Assembly (NCBI GenBank): GCA_028534125.1
Contig: CM052816.1
Span: 26,166,001-26,230,000, forward strand
Direction: 5' to 3'
Origin: Lama glama
Taxonomy: Eukaryota
DNA: 64,000 nucleotides
Under the pieces are notes generated by a model. It was not told where the DNA came from. It made no database searches and saw only the letters and a program-made list of their open reading frames with translations. The translations under genes were made by a program, and so were the position numbers. Of this stretch, positions 25,389 through 39,384 are shown in pieces. Numbering within the stretch: position 1 is the first letter of the stretch; each line of letters begins with the position of its first letter.

Positions 25389-26368
25389 ATATCTGTGCTC
25401 CTTATAAATTTAGAGAGTAACCCTCCTGATGGGAAGGAGAAAGATTCCTTTAACAAATGGATGGGGACAGTTTGTAACTTTCACATGTACTGTTGGATGC
25501 CAGGGCTACTCTGTTGTGTAAGTTAACCTTTCCCTTGCTAGTACTGCTAATTTGCTTATAAATTCTTCCGTTCATAATCCAAGTGAGTTTCCATTTAAAC
25601 CGTTTTTTTAGAGCAAAGCCATTCTCATGTGCCCACCATGAAATGAAGCTGCTGAAATTTGTTAATCTGTGTGTGACTCATCTGCATCATATAACCCTGA
25701 ACAACAGGGTTTCCTCTGTCTAGTTCTCTTCTGTCTGCAGGACACCACCGCAAGAAACACACATGGTGCTGTGCTATTTTGGTTGTTGACAAGGCAGGAA
25801 AAAGACAGGATGGGGTTGCAGCTGAATCATTGGTTCTTTGGTCTACTCTTAGGTAAAAATACATCCCATAGCTTTTCCAGACTTAAAAGTATTTTGTTAA
25901 ATGAACAAATAATACCTATTAGTAACTCCCTAATCACAAAAAAAGGAAACCATAACCAAAGGACAGAAGGTTGATTTGGGGCAATCTCCTTCCATATTCA
26001 GTTAAACGAGTTTTCACTCAGCTACAGAGATTCTCCTAGGACCCTGCTTTCCACTTTCATGGTGCCTCCTAACAACTGTCATCACTGTCCACTCTGAATC
26101 TCTAGATTCCATGAAATCTTAAAGTTGCTGAGGGCTCAGGAGCAGTTATATCTCCCTCCTCTCCCACCCCATTCTTTCCCGAGTGAAGGACTCACTAGTC
26201 ACATGGTAACATGAAGAGAAATCCGGAGTTATATGGCAAGATGGGGATTGTTTGGGGTGCCTCTCCTTTCCTCTAAAACCACACATATTCACATAAAGCT
26301 TTATTAGGAAACCTCTTCTCTGCCTATGGAACTAGCTCATATGGTAATCATCTAATCTAAAATGTAAG

Positions 26369-26480
26369 TAGGGGACCAATTGTTTTGGTTGGCCCAGGAC
26401 TGAGGGATTTCCTGGGACATGTGAATTTCATTGCTAAAACAGAGACAGTCCCTTGCCAACTGGGGTGGTTGGTTATCTTA
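26369..26480. mobile_element. MER81-like hAT-Blackjack MITE
   Basis: taggggaccaa...caggactgagggatttcctgggaca...gctaaaacagagacagtcc...ggttggttatctta, with degenerate TIRs. Confidence 0.7.
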
Positions 26481-26723
26481 GAAATAAGAACTGTATATTG
26501 GATAGATAGACTTATCTTCCTTAGCTATGGGAAAAAAAAAGATCCTCATGTTAATAGATACATAAAGGTGAAATATATTGTAGGGTGTATAAAAGATGAG
26601 TTAATTTGCACTGTAGCCTGTGCTCATTCAGATCTCCTGTGAAACCTTGCCCCCCTTCCCACCCGTATACAAACAGATCCTCAGCTTAGCAAGTAAAATT
26701 GCCACTTCTATATTGAAGGGCGT

Positions 26724-27224
26724 TGTGTTAGTTATCCATTGTTGCAGAATAAATTACTCCAAAATGTAGTGGCTTAAAGCAGTAATTATTGTTTATTATC
26801 CCATGGTTTCAGTTGGCCTGGGAATTAAGACAGGGCCCAGCAGGGATGGCTTATATCTGCTCTACATGTCTGTGGCCTCATCTGGAAGACTAAAGGCTTA
26901 GAGGGCTGACGTCCTATGAAAGCTTGACAGAGGCTGAAATGTCTCCTTCTAAGGTGGCTCAGTCCCATGGCACCTCCAAAAGGCTACTTGAGAGTCCTCA
27001 CAACATGACAGCCTGCTTCCCTCTAGAGGCAGTGATCCCAGAGAACATGGCAGGAAAGGGAGTGCATTTTATGACCTAGCTTTGAAATTCACACCCCATC
27101 ACTACCACTGCCCTTCTAATCATTAGAAAGAAGTCACTAGGTGCAGCCCAAGTTCATGGGGAGGAGTTCTACTTTTCAAAGGGATGAGTGTCAAAGAATT
27201 TGTGGACAAATTTTAGCACCACCA
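26724..27224 (-). mobile_element. MLT1 (G/H-like) MaLR solo LTR
   Basis: tgtgttagttatccattgttgcag...gtagtggcttaaagca...gagtgtcaaagaatttgtggaca...caccacca. Confidence 0.85.
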
Positions 27225-27321
27225 GTAATTTGTCATGAGCAAATTACTCTAAGCATAAAACACTGATTGTGGTATAATGATGCCCAAAACTTCCTGAGAG
27301 GCTGGTTTCTGTTCTAAAAGT

Positions 27322-27580
27322 AATAATAATATAATAGCTTACAATAGTAGAGTACTTCTATTCCAGACATTGCTCTAAATACCTCACATACAGTCTCTTG
27401 ATTAAAATGCACAACAAAGTTATGAGCTGGTACTATGATTATCTCTGTTTGCCAGTGAAACTGAGGCCACAGAGCAGTTAGGTAACTTTCCTTAGGTCAC
27501 ACAGTAAGGACTAGACCTGGGATTCAAACACACACAAGCCAGCTTCTGAACCCCTTCACTTCAGGTGATCACGTTACAGT
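27322..27580 (-). mobile_element. MIR SINE
   Basis: aataatagcttac...gaaactgaggccacagagcagttaggtaacttt...ggtcacacag...ctgggattcaaac. Confidence 0.85.
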
Positions 27581-28384
27581 GACTTTTCTTTAAAATCTAA
27601 GAAAACAAGGTTTGTGATTTTATCTGTTTTATTAGATTATTTTATGGCCCTTAGACTAGTGGTATTTCTAAAAATCCTATCCTCCTTACAGCTTCTATAT
27701 TATCTTATGTCAGACAACTTTGGTCATCATAAGAAATTACATTTTTAAAAGGATAGTCTAAAGTTTGCAAGTTACCTCAAACTTTTTGGGCAGGGTGAAG
27801 ACTTTCCTGTTCATCACAAATGATGGTTCTGAGATCATAAGGAAACAATGAATGAAAGAATTATGAAATCTGTAAAACTCTTTAGAATTAATATGTGCTA
27901 ACTGTATAAGGCGGTATCTCTATTTTTTTTTCCTGTTTCTGATTCACAGCCTGAACCAAAACAAAATGACATTAAGGTAATTTGGAGAGTCACTATTAAT
28001 TTGGATTCAGGTCATGAGACCCCTGAGGTTTTCTCCACTGCACATTTTTCTAGAGTAAAATTTTTTTTCACCTGCTTACCAGAGTTCTCTGAACTTATCA
28101 GTAAATGTCAGTGAGACTGAGAAGGTCCAAAGGTACTTATCATTTATAAGCGAGTAAGTGCCATGGAATAGTTCACAGCCACCCTCACCAAGGTGTGTTA
28201 TTGTACACAGTTGGCTTTGGCTGGCTTCAGCTGCAATGGCTGATGAGATGTGGTAGAACCATCCAAAACCTAAAGACAAACATGGGCATGAGGAAGTTAA
28301 TTAGGTGCAAAAGAAAATGACAGTTTAAGGGAAGAAACGGCAGAACAAACCAACCACGCAAATTGTGTATTTTATTTATTTAAC

Positions 28385-28615
28385 AAACACATAGCACTTC
28401 CTTTGGGCCAGAACTATTCTAAATGCTTTTCAAATATAACACCCTTGTGAGGTCACGACTGTTTATGCGTATTATTTTACAGATGAAAATTTATTCAAAA
28501 GCGCAAAACATTTAAGTTACTTGCCTAAGGTCACAGGACTTTTGAGCACTGGAGCTGGGATTCTAGTCTGGGGAGAATCAAATCTTGGTGTCTGTCCACT
28601 CTGCAGTGTTGCCCC
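28385..28615 (-). mobile_element. MIR SINE
   Basis: ttttacagatgaaaa...taagttacttgcctaaggtcacag...ggagctgggatt. Confidence 0.75.
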
Positions 28616-31600
28616 TTAGTTTTGCCTGAGAGATGGGTCTACTGAAGAAAGATTGCATCACCTCTGATCTCAGACTAAGAGCCTAACTCTCATCTGATTG
28701 TATAGGTGGGCATTTCCCATAGAGAAATACTCTGGGTAAAAAAATTACTCTTTAGCTAGACAAATGTCAGTAGCTAAGAACTCTAGCCCAAATTGATATA
28801 TTGCAGTGTGCTGCCTGATATTTCCCAGATGTGTGGGTATAATATTAGAAGAACATTTAATGTAATAGTCCTTTTGGCATTTAAGTCTGGGTGACAGGAA
28901 CCCTTTAAGCTGCATAGACCAAGCACACAAGTGTTAGAAAAACAGCTGTGAGGAAAGGCCAGGTCTTTTCAAACAGAGAGAGAAGTGGTGCAGTGAAAGG
29001 GCAGTAACCTTATGTTTTTAGGCTTATGACCTTTGTTTCATTAGGTGCACCTTTAACTGTGATAAACATCCACTTAAATGAATATCATTTCCCTGTAATT
29101 ACAGAAGGGTCATACATAATACACTAAGTTCCCCTGGCAGCCTATGTGCTAGTCATGTATATTTCATGAGCGGTTTTATTCCCCAAGTCACTTTCAAGCA
29201 ATGCTCAATCCTGTGGCTTTAGTGCCTAGGAAATAAAGGTCTTGTTCGTAAAGAGATCTCAGAGCAATTATTGTAGCTCTGCACTTTATCAAGGAGTGCA
29301 GCCGAATGACCTGCTTGCATCATCTGACCAGCACCATTATCAATTTTCTCCTTAATATACATGATTCCTCTTATTTGTCAGTGGATCAGGGCAATGTGTC
29401 CCTCTGATTTTATTTGCCCAATGTAAATTGTTTGAAGGATGCTGAGTGATTTAAGGTGATCAGCCCTAAAGAGAATACTTGTAGCAACCTAATGAATGTA
29501 AAAAGAAAAAAAAAAAAGTCACATCCCTATGCCTACAACATGCTCAGTAGTTGTGGGGCAGCAAAAAAAAATAGACTGTGGTCCACAGAGCATGGTCAGG
29601 CAATCTGAGTGAGTCGACATCTGTTTGTACAATGTGATGTTTTCCCCAGCTGCATCAGCTGGTGGGAAATAAAGTGTTGGAATGATAATAAGCAGAAAGG
29701 AAGTTTGCAGTAGCAGTGAAATATAAGCCTCTTTATAGTCTCAGTATCTTTTGTGGGCAATTTTCCTTTTTCTCTTTTCAAGACTGTTGCGTTCATCAAG
29801 ACAGCTTCATATTTTTGAGATCTCCCACCACACTTGGGATATGATTGAAGAAAGTGAACCCTATCTGCTGGCTTTTACAGGTTGACTCGCTGAGTTAGAT
29901 AAAACGACAAACAATTTACTTAAAAAAATTTTTGGCTGTGGAAACATTACCCGTACAGAAAGTAGCTTCATGGTCTTTAGTCCCTGAAACATTGCCCCCT
30001 GTCTGCGATATTTCATTTATTCTAAAATGATAAGATCTGGGCCAGGTTAGGGTCAGGGTATTTTAATCATATCTGTTGGTTCAACACCCTGCTTCCCACT
30101 CCATCCTGCCCCAAACCGGTTTGGGTTGAAGCCTTTGTTCTGCATTTTGCAAGGTTGAGGTGGGGGTGGGAGTGGTGAGGAGGGGGAGAGAGAGACACGT
30201 TTCCTCTTAAACCAGCTAAATTAATATTTATGTTGTTAAAATATTAGAGAAGCCACAGAATATTATTAATCTAAAAAGGTTATAATTATCTTTAAAATGG
30301 TGGCAGCCATTGAAATGTAAATCCTCCTGCTGGGGAGAGGGCTCATGTTCCTGGTGCCTGGGGCCGCCTGCCCGGCTGCCACAGCTGCAATTGATCATTC
30401 TGAATCAAAGGAAGAGGGAGACATCTCTGGTGGCACAACCGAGGCGGGAGGCTAGCAGAGAAAGATGCTCTGTTCTTTTGGGTCTGTTATCAAAAAAAAA
30501 AAAAAAAAAGAGCCGGAATGTGTTTCAAATCTCTCTTCTGTTGAATTTGCAGCCCTTCAAAGCTTACCCACAATAAATAAAGTTTTCAAAACCCATAGAC
30601 TCTAAAAGATTCATTGAAAATTCTTCTGAATTTAAGCAGCCTCTCTCTTCTTTCTTCCCTCTCTTCCTCCCTCCCTCTCTCACTCCCTCTCTTTTTACCC
30701 AGGCCAGCACAGTTTGAAACAAATGTGAACTAGATGATTAAATACGAGGCATGTTTAAACTACTTTCATGGATAGAATAGTTATTGTTTGGCCCACACTT
30801 TTGAGAAGTGAATGTGTTGGTTTCATTGTTAAAGAAGGCTGTTTGGTCTAAGAAGAGAGTAAGAGGACAAGGAAGAGAAACGGGCAATGATGCAGGCGCC
30901 GAAAGTGTCAATACCATGTGTCAGGGGGAGTCACAAGGCCAGGGCTTCAGGAGTTCACCCAGCAAATGACAGGAGACAACTGGAATCTTCCCCAGTCCCT
31001 GAGTATTACTGACTGTGTAGACATTTCTCAAGGTCCATTAAATTCTATTTGACGTACATTAAAAAAGATTTAATCACAGATGCCAGTCAGCTAACCAACC
31101 CATTAATCTAGCTGTTTTTCCTAAGAAAATTGTATTTAAAAGGGTCTTTTTTTTCTCAATTTAATTTAGTCATCCTTTTAAATTTCATGTATTTATCATG
31201 TAAATGTGCCTTATTTGCAAAAGAAAAGCACAGGATTCAATGAAATAAATAGTTATTTCATTAAAATGGATACAAAAAACCCTGTGATTAGGGTAATTAA
31301 TTTGCACACTAAAAGCTATCTTCCTGGTTCAGATCATTAATATTGATGGCCTTCGATTTTGTTCTCAGTAATGTTCCTTGAAATATACTCAGGACTGGCA
31401 CTGGGGCTGAGAGAGCAGCCATCTGAACACAAGTAAAAATGAGGCATCCATGAACATTTGGGGCCACCGCCCTTCGCTCTTCTTCAACCAGTAAATAGCA
31501 CACAACATGGGGAGACCTGGGTCCTGAAATCAGCTAGGCTGGTTCTGTCTGAGCTGGCTGGTGCGGTTTATCTTATCTCAAATGTCAGTTATTGGTGCTT

Positions 31601-32327
31601 GGTCCTTATTGACGTGTGTCTTCTTTTGGAGGAGGAAAAGACATTAAAATTGCAAATAACATTACAGGAGATTATGTCTAGGTACCACATCCTGTTAGGC
31701 ACAGCGTTGCCAGATAACAAGGCAATGTCTGTCAATATACCTTTCTCATTAGGTTTTCATCTGCATATTATGCAAATGGTTGGAGCAGGTTTCCACTTTG
31801 ATAGCTCCATGCCACGAGTTTGAGTCAAGGCACATATTTTGTTTCTGTTCTGTTCAGCAGATGTATTCCACCAAAGACCTTCTAGAAAAGGTGTCATAGC
31901 AATGTGGTGCACTATCAAATGCAGCTGTGAGCTGCGTTCATGTGAAAAATCAAATCCTGGAACAGTTTTAGATTGCCTCACCTAGCTGTGTCAGCGTGCT
32001 CCACATTCCTGGTGATGGAAAACAAATTAACAGTCTGCACTGGATGTGTGTGCGTGCAGCAACGCAGGAGCCGGTTGGTATTTTAACTGGCGTTTCAGGG
32101 TTTGCTGACAGGGGTGTGGTTAATGCTTTGTAATTACAGATAGGAATATGACTTTAAGACTGGTTTTCATTTTCCCAACTGCTCTTTTTTAATTTTACTT
32201 TTCTGACAGCTTGACTTGAAGTTCCCTTGCTAGAGATTATCTGATTGCCCCAAATTAGCCCAGTTACTCCCTTGCCTCTGCTACCTTGATGCTTACTTTA
32301 GACTGCTCACTCTCTTGCAAATATAAG

Positions 32328-32969
32328 TGATGCAGGAAAATGCGGCATGAGAGGATGGCCATGTCGCAGGGCCCAAGTGAGTCCCTGAGATGCACACCAT
32401 CAAGAGGTGATCCTTGGCTTCACGCAGGAAAGAATTCAAGAGTGAGCCATAGTAGAGTAAAAGCAGATTTATTCAGAGAAATGCACACTCCATAGATCCA
32501 GTGTAGGCTGTCTCAGAAGGCCAGAGAGGCCAAGAGGTATGGGGGTAGGTGTTTAGTTTAAAGTAAACGCAGTTGCTCTATAGACAGAGTGTGGGGCCAT
32601 CTCACTTATAATGGAAAACAGCCATGAGGTGTGGGGGTTGTTAGTTTTTATGAGCTTTGTAACTTCATATGCTACCAAGTGGGAGGATTATTCTAACTAC
32701 TTAGGGGAATGGGCGGGGATTCCCAGGAATTGGGCCATCACTCACTTTTTGACCTTTTATGGTCAGCCTCAGAACTGTGTGGTACCCTGTGGGTGTGCCA
32801 TTCACCACATTACAATGAGCGTATATGAAGCTCAAGGTCCACTGGAAGTCAATTCTCCAGCCATCTTTGGCCTCAAGGTCTCTGGGGAGTTGAATCTCCC
32901 GCCAGCTTGGTGCTAATTGCTGTGTTATTCCTATAATGGCTGTGCCCTGCCCCCTTCCTTCCTGTCTAA
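32328..32969 (-). mobile_element. ERV1-type solo LTR with 4-bp TSD
   Basis: tgatgcagg...cctgtctaa flanked by taag (32324-32327) and taag (32970-32973); cttggcttcacgcaggaaagaattcaagag motif; minus-strand AATAAA at ~32468. Confidence 0.88.
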
Positions 32970-33246
32970 TAAGGACTCCAGAACAGAGGTCATTAACGAG
33001 CTCTGTTGTTGTTTTGGTATTAGAAGTGCTTGTGTAAACAATTTAACACTTTTACTGACTGCAAATTATTTGATGGGTTCTGTCTCAGCTCAGATCTTGA
33101 CAACAGGAGCTCCACGTCCACTCTGGCAGCTTCCTGGCCTTTTCAAACGCTTTCAGGCTATTCTAGTTCTGTAGTTTGGAACAGCAAGGAAATCATTCAG
33201 AGATATTCAAATGAAGACAGCTTCATAGGCATCTGTGTTTTCTATG

Positions 33247-33275
33247 CAAAACAAAACAAAACAAAACAAAAAAAC
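33247..33275 (+). repeat. (CAAAA)n repeat
   Basis: caaaacaaaacaaaacaaaacaaaaaaac. Confidence 0.85.
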
Positions 33276-35128
33276 TAGTCATAACTTTGAAAAAAAAAAG
33301 GAAAGTGGAGGTGGGGAGAGAACAAAATGGAAGTTTTCTAAATCGACTGCAAGGCTGCTCGTGGAGGTTTCTTTGCCCATCTTGTTTTGTGCAGTGCTTC
33401 AAGGGGGGCTCTCTAGGTGCTGTGTAATAAGGCAGGGTGCCGCTGCAGAAGGCAATGTGCTAATTAAAAAGAGGAACACGCCACAAATATGCTCGTTATT
33501 ATTCATGGCAAGTGTGCAGCGAATCACTTAGCTGTTTGCTTTTAAAGTAAAAGCTTTTATTTTCTACCCCATTTTTTCCTTTCTTTTCTCTTTTCCCCCC
33601 TTTTTTGTTTCTTTTCTTTTCTTTTTCTTTCTCCCTCCCCTGGCCTGCCTTGTTGAAAAAGACATGCAGGGTCTCAAAGACTTCTTCTAAAGAATGACAT
33701 TGAAAAGACATTGCCCCGAGGTTTGGTGGAGCAAAAGCCTGGATCATTTGTACTGTTTAATGTCATGCCTCCCCCCACTCCCATTCTTCTTCTTCTTTTT
33801 TTTTAAACAGCTATTCACCCATTACAATATGCTTTCTACAATGTGCTTCCTTTAACTGACTCCAGATTAACAAGTAGGTGAGATGAGTAGGAAGTATTAT
33901 TCCAGGGTCTTTTTTTTCTTTTTTAAAGCATTGAGAAGGAATGGTAATAAGAAAAGTTTTCTATAACCCAGTTCCCCAAGTGCTGACATTAGGAAGGATT
34001 AGCTGCCTGATTGTTAAGCCATGTTCATATTTATTAAGATGCCAGCCACTAAATAAAGAAGAAATATCATTGTTTTAGAAACAGCTATCTTTCAGCACAC
34101 CCCTCCCCCAAACAAAATCTAAATTCAAACCCCAGAAACTTGGACTTCAGGATTCCAGTACCTGCAGGAGGCAGACATGGCATCATGGATGATGGCTTTT
34201 GTTAACACTAACCCTTTGCAGTTCTACCTTTCTGAAGCACGTTACCATTTGAAGGAAGCTGTTACAGCTATTATTTCAGATTTATATAAACCTTTTCTTC
34301 TGAGGCATCTGGGAAGTTTATAAATGATCGGACTGCCCACCCATGTCGTCGTTGTTCCTGATGCTGGGAATCTTATTTTCCAAAGGTGGCGGCTCAAGAT
34401 TATAAAGATCACGGGACTTCTTCAAAAAGAACAGAGGAGTAGGAATTCTCAAGTAACTATGTGTTCTGTTAGATGTGGGAGACTTGGGAAGCCATTACAG
34501 TATTTTTTTTTCAGGCAACACTGCTTAAATAAAATATACAAGATCTTTTGGGTAATAATTCAGTTTGCTGAATGAGAGGTCCACTGAGTTCTGATGCTGC
34601 CTCTTAGACTCAAAAACAGTATCCCACTTTGACTCAAAAAGAGAATTTTTGTACAGACAGGCAAAGCTGAGCTATTATGTGTTGGAATTCCACAGCAATT
34701 TACAAGTGGCTACATTACTTGAGGCTATGGTTTTGTATTCATGCTGGGATTACTTCATTTCAGCTGCTGGGGTGTCTGGCTGACCCCCACTTTTGACAAC
34801 AAATTTGGGCTGCCCTGTTTGGTAGACTGGCTGGACTGCAGGAATTTGTGTTTCAGCAGTTTTGTCCTACTCCTTGATGCTGTTCATTGGGATTCCTGGG
34901 TTACTCAAGTAACTAGAGATCAGAGTGATAGCTCCAAAGGGCTTTGGTGGCTTCACAGCTGGTATCTGTTACCTTTGAACCAGAATATGCTGCTGTGTGA
35001 GTAACATTCTGAAAGGTTAAACAGTTGAGAAAATCTCTTTTTAAAGCAAGGGCTTGCTTCTTCCCACAGCTCTTGATTTATTGCTGAGGGATAAAATCTT
35101 CATTCTGGCAAATGTCTTATTTCTCCCT

Positions 35129-35540
35129 TGTTATGGGTTGAAGCATCCCCTCTCCCTCCCTCACAATTTATATGTTGAAGTCCTAACCGCCAGTACCTCC
35201 CAATGTAACTGTTTTTGGACACAGAGCCTTTAAAGAGGTAATTCCATTAACGTAAGGGTGTTAAGATGGACACTGACCTAATAAGATTGGTGTCCTTGTA
35301 AAAAGAGAAAATATGGACACGCCGATACACTAAAGATGCATCCACACCAAAGAAAGACCACGTGAAGAGGCAGCAAGAGGCTGGCCATCTGTAAGGCAAG
35401 GAGAATGGCCTCAGAGGGACCCAGCTCTGCCAGCACCTTGATCTTGTGCTTCCAGCTTCTCAGACTGTAGAAAATTAACTTCTATTGTTTAAGCCACCTA
35501 TTCTCAAATACCCAGTGGTATTTTGTGATGACAGGATACA
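35129..35540 (+). mobile_element. MLT1B-like MaLR solo LTR
   Basis: tgttatgggttgaa...tatgttgaagtcctaacc...gcctttaaagaggtaatt...ccagcaccttgatcttg...gtttaagccacc...gataca. Confidence 0.88.
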
Positions 35541-35899
35541 CCTTTCTTGGATGGTAGGGGATACATTTTGCTTGATTGTACAAAATCTCCATTAAAATCA
35601 TAATCGTGATAGGATACTGATGAGTAATCCATATAGTTTACCACATCTTACAAAAGGCCGTTAATGTTAATTTCAAGTTGATAAATGAAAGAACTACTTC
35701 TGTGATGGTAATCTTCAAGTGTATCCTTATTTCAGTAGCTACAAATCTGTTCTAACTTTCTCCTTGGCAGTTTTATATTCAGGAGGATTTATAGCACTAT
35801 TTTATTTTGAATTTTAAAAATAAGGCTTGTGTATGAATTTTATTTTTCCTTAGTTGACTCTTGTTAACAAATATCAAAAACACTCTTAATATAAAGATG

Positions 35900-36119
35900 G
35901 AATTTATTCAATTAAACTTAAAAGTCTGTAATCACTTGAGATGTGATAATAATACTGATCCTGTCTTTATAATTTTGATATTTTGTTTATCACAGATTTT
36001 TTGCATTAATTTTGCTTTTTAAAATGTTGTATTTTTATTTTTCTTGATTAGTGAGGTTTTTGTGGCCCTTAAATTTTGCTCCTGAGGGCCTCACTTTCCT
36101 CAACCTTGTCCCAGTCCTG
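35900..36119. mobile_element. hAT-Tip100 (Arthur1/MER69-like) terminal fragment
   Basis: gatcctgtctttat...ttttgatattttgtt...ttttgcattaattttg...cccttaaattttgctcctgagg...cttgtcccagtcctg. Confidence 0.6.
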
Positions 36120-36954
36120 AATGTTTAGACAAAAGGATGTTTTCCCGGGCACTCTTTCTCTGCTTCAACAGCCAGTGGGTTCATTTCTCTGGACTTCCCC
36201 TGAGAATTTAGCCAAAGAATGGCTTAGAGACTGAGTCTGCTGGTTGGGAAGCATGTGGTTGTTAGTTCACCACCTAGGAAGTTCTAAGAGGTCTTTCAGT
36301 CATTTCACATTATAGTTCTTTTAAAGAAGGAGATTATTGGCTGAACTTCTGCCAGTTTCATAAGGAGGGAAAAAATCCAAAATGAATGTTATGGAAAAGT
36401 TGGCCTCAGAAAGGAAAAAGGGAACTCTCCAGGGTTAGGAATGGAGTGGGGCAGGGAAGAGGTAAAATGAAGGAAAATATTAATAGAAAAAAATCATTGT
36501 AAACTTGTGAACTGAGCAGAGACACAATTTCTTCCTGCTGTAAGTGGTGAGAAATGCTATATAAATTATGAGAAGCGCAGTTTTATCATCCAGGATATGG
36601 AGTATCAGGAACCCTCATATTCTGCAGGTGGGAATGTAAATAGGGAAACACTGCTTTGATGAGAATTTTGGCAGTATATAGTAAGGTTTGAATTACACAT
36701 GACCAGTGATTCAGAAATTCCACTCCTAGGTACAAAGCCCAGAGAAACCCTCACATTTGTGAACAGAGATATATATAGAAATGTTCAACATGGCATTGAT
36801 TGTAATACAGCAAGATAAGAAAGAAGCTCAGTGCCACCCTAGGGGCTAGATAATGAATTATCATATATTCATAGAATGAAAGTATACATTAGCTAAAATG
36901 AATGAATCAGATCTGCCTGTATTGATAAGGATAAATCTCAAAATCAAAGCTGAA

Positions 36955-38165
36955 AATATTGGTGAAGATGTGCAGAAATTGGAACCATTGTGCACTGCTG
37001 GCAGGAATGTGAAATGGTGCAGGTGCTGCAGAAGAGAGTATGGTGGTTCCTCAAAAAATTAAATGTGATGGTTAATTTGATGTGTCAACTTGACTAAGCT
37101 AAGGGATGCCCAGATAGCTGGTAAAACAGTATTTCTGGGTGTGTTTGTGAGGTTGTTTATGGAAGAGATTAGCATTTGAATTGGTGGACAGAGGAAGGAA
37201 GATTGTTTTCACCAATGTAGGTGAGCATCATCCAATCTGTTGAAGCTGAATAGAAGAAATAGGTAGAGGAAAGACGAATTTGCTTTCTTTGTTTGGTTGG
37301 GACATTAATTGTCTCCTTCCCTCAAATACTAGCGCTCCTCATTCTCAGACCTTGAGACTGCGGCATACATCATGGCCCCTTGATTTTTTGGTTTTAGATC
37401 TCAGAGTAATTACACTACCAGCTTCCCTGGTGCTCCAGGTTGCAGACGACAGATCTTGGGATTTTCTTGGCCTCTGCAATCATGTGAGCCAATTCTTATA
37501 ATAAATCTCCTCTTATGTATTTGTCTCTCTATATATGTATATCTTTTTGGTTCTGCTTATCTGGAGAACACTGACTAATACATTATACATAGAATTTACC
37601 TTATGATCCAGCAATTCCACTCTTGGTTATATACCCCCCAAAAAATGAAAGTAGGGACTTGAACAGATATTTGTACACACATTGGCAGCATTATTCAGAG
37701 TAGTCAAAAGGTGTAAGCAACCCAAATATCTATCCACAGATTAATGGGTAAGCAAAATGTGATGTGTACATATAATGGAGTATTGTTCAGCCTTAAAAAG
37801 GAAGGGATTCTGACACATACTACAGTGTTGATGAACCTTAAAGACATTATACTAAGTGAAATAAGCCAGTCACAAAAGGACAAATACTGTATGATTCCAC
37901 TTATATGATGTCCCTAGGGTAATCAAATTCATCAAGACAGAGAGTAGACTATGGTTGCCATGGGCTGTGAGGGAAGTGGGGATGGATGGTTATTGTTTAA
38001 TGGATATACAGAATCAGTTTGGAAAGTTAAAAAAGTTTGGAGATGGATCGTGGTGGCACTACTGTATAACAATGTGAATGTACTTCATGCCACAGATCTG
38101 TACATTTAAAAATAGTTAAAATGGTAAATGTTTTGTTATGTATATTTTGCTACAATAGAAGAAAA
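36955..38165 (+). mobile_element. L1MB-like 3' portion, split by MLT2
   Basis: ttggtgaagatgtgcagaaattggaacc...ttcctcaaaaaattaaa | catagaatttacc...aaggacaaatactgtatgattccact...gtatattttgctacaat. Confidence 0.85.
37064..37582 (+). mobile_element. MLT2 (D-like) ERVL solo LTR
   Basis: tgtgatggttaatttgatgtgtcaacttgac...ctggagaacactgactaataca; 5-bp TSD ttaaa/ttata. Confidence 0.92.
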
Positions 38166-39039
38166 GCCGAATAAAAAACGCAAGTCACAAAAGGATAAAT
38201 TAGAGACAATTTGTGTAAGCTTTATGAATACACAAAACAGTACTACATGTTGGATACCTACAGTTGTAGCAAAATTATGAAAACATCACTGCTAAGAACA
38301 CTTGCCACTTTCAGGATTGTGGTTCATTTGGGAAAGAGAGGGAAGAAATAGGGATGGTGGAAGGAAAAAAACATCCCTTTTAGTAGTAACATTCTATTTC
38401 TAAGACAGCAGATTAAAGTGATGTACAGCACAATGAATACACTTGTTAAATCAGAATGTTGGTGACACGGCATGGGTGTAGTTTTTTTAATTTATCATGC
38501 TATATTATATGTTTGAAATATTTCATTATATAAAGCAAAAAAAATAAACTTAAAGTCAACAATGGTGTTTCTTCCTTGGCTGTGTATCCCCTCATCTCAC
38601 ATGTGAGTGAGGAAGCAGGACCTCCTTCAGGTCAGAGGGATTCAGGTTACCAGGTGGGTTTTAGATGGATGGAAAACCTCAGAAAACTCAAAAAGAGCTG
38701 ATTTTCCCTTACTTTAGTGCTGGGAAATGCAACCTGTTTCCTGGACTTCATGGTCCTCTTGCTAAGACCAGGAGTGGTTAGTCAGTGCTACAGAGGTCAG
38801 AGAGGGAGAATGGTCATAAGGTAGTTTTCCTCACCTTCATCACAGTCCATGCCTCTTAAGGGCATCTGATTTGATTAATTTATGTTGATGAGCATATCAC
38901 TGAGTATTATGCTTCCTCTACAGGACTAGACTGTATCAACTGTTATTTCTGCATTTCCAATGATGATATTAAGTTTTATTCACTATTCATGCATTCATTC
39001 TTATAATATGAATGCCCATTATATAAAAAGCATTTTTCA

Positions 39040-39305
39040 TAAAAACAGAAATAGACTTAAAGATATATGATTACTAAAGGGGAAGGAGGGAAGGGGTTAA
39101 TTAGGAGTTTAGGATTAGCAGATACAAACTACTATATATAAGATAAATAAACAAGTTCCTACTGTACAGCACAGGGAACTGTATTCCACATCTTGTAATA
39201 ATCTATAATGAGAAAGTATATGAAAAAAAATGTGTAACTGAATCACTATTCTGTACACCAGAAACTAACACAATGTAAATCAACTATACTTCAGTTAAAA
39301 AAAAT
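39040..39305 (+). mobile_element. L1 3' end with poly(A)
   Basis: aaaacagaaatagac...ttaggagtttaggattagcagatacaaactact...acagcacagggaact...caactatacttcagttaaaaaaaa. Confidence 0.9.
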
Positions 39306-39384
39306 GCTGTGGGTTTCTCAAAGACAAGTGGAAGCTAATATACAAGTGTCAGGTCCTTAAGTGAAATTGTTGGGATTGACAGTA

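Larger units (their letters stand above)
36580..38545 (+). mobile_element. Old L1 (L1ME-like), split by a younger L1MB-like element
   Basis: ggatatggagtatcaggaaccctcat...aattccactcctagg...ggataaatctcaaaa (to ~36950); resumes ~38170 to tatgtttgaaatatttcattataa. Confidence 0.65.
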
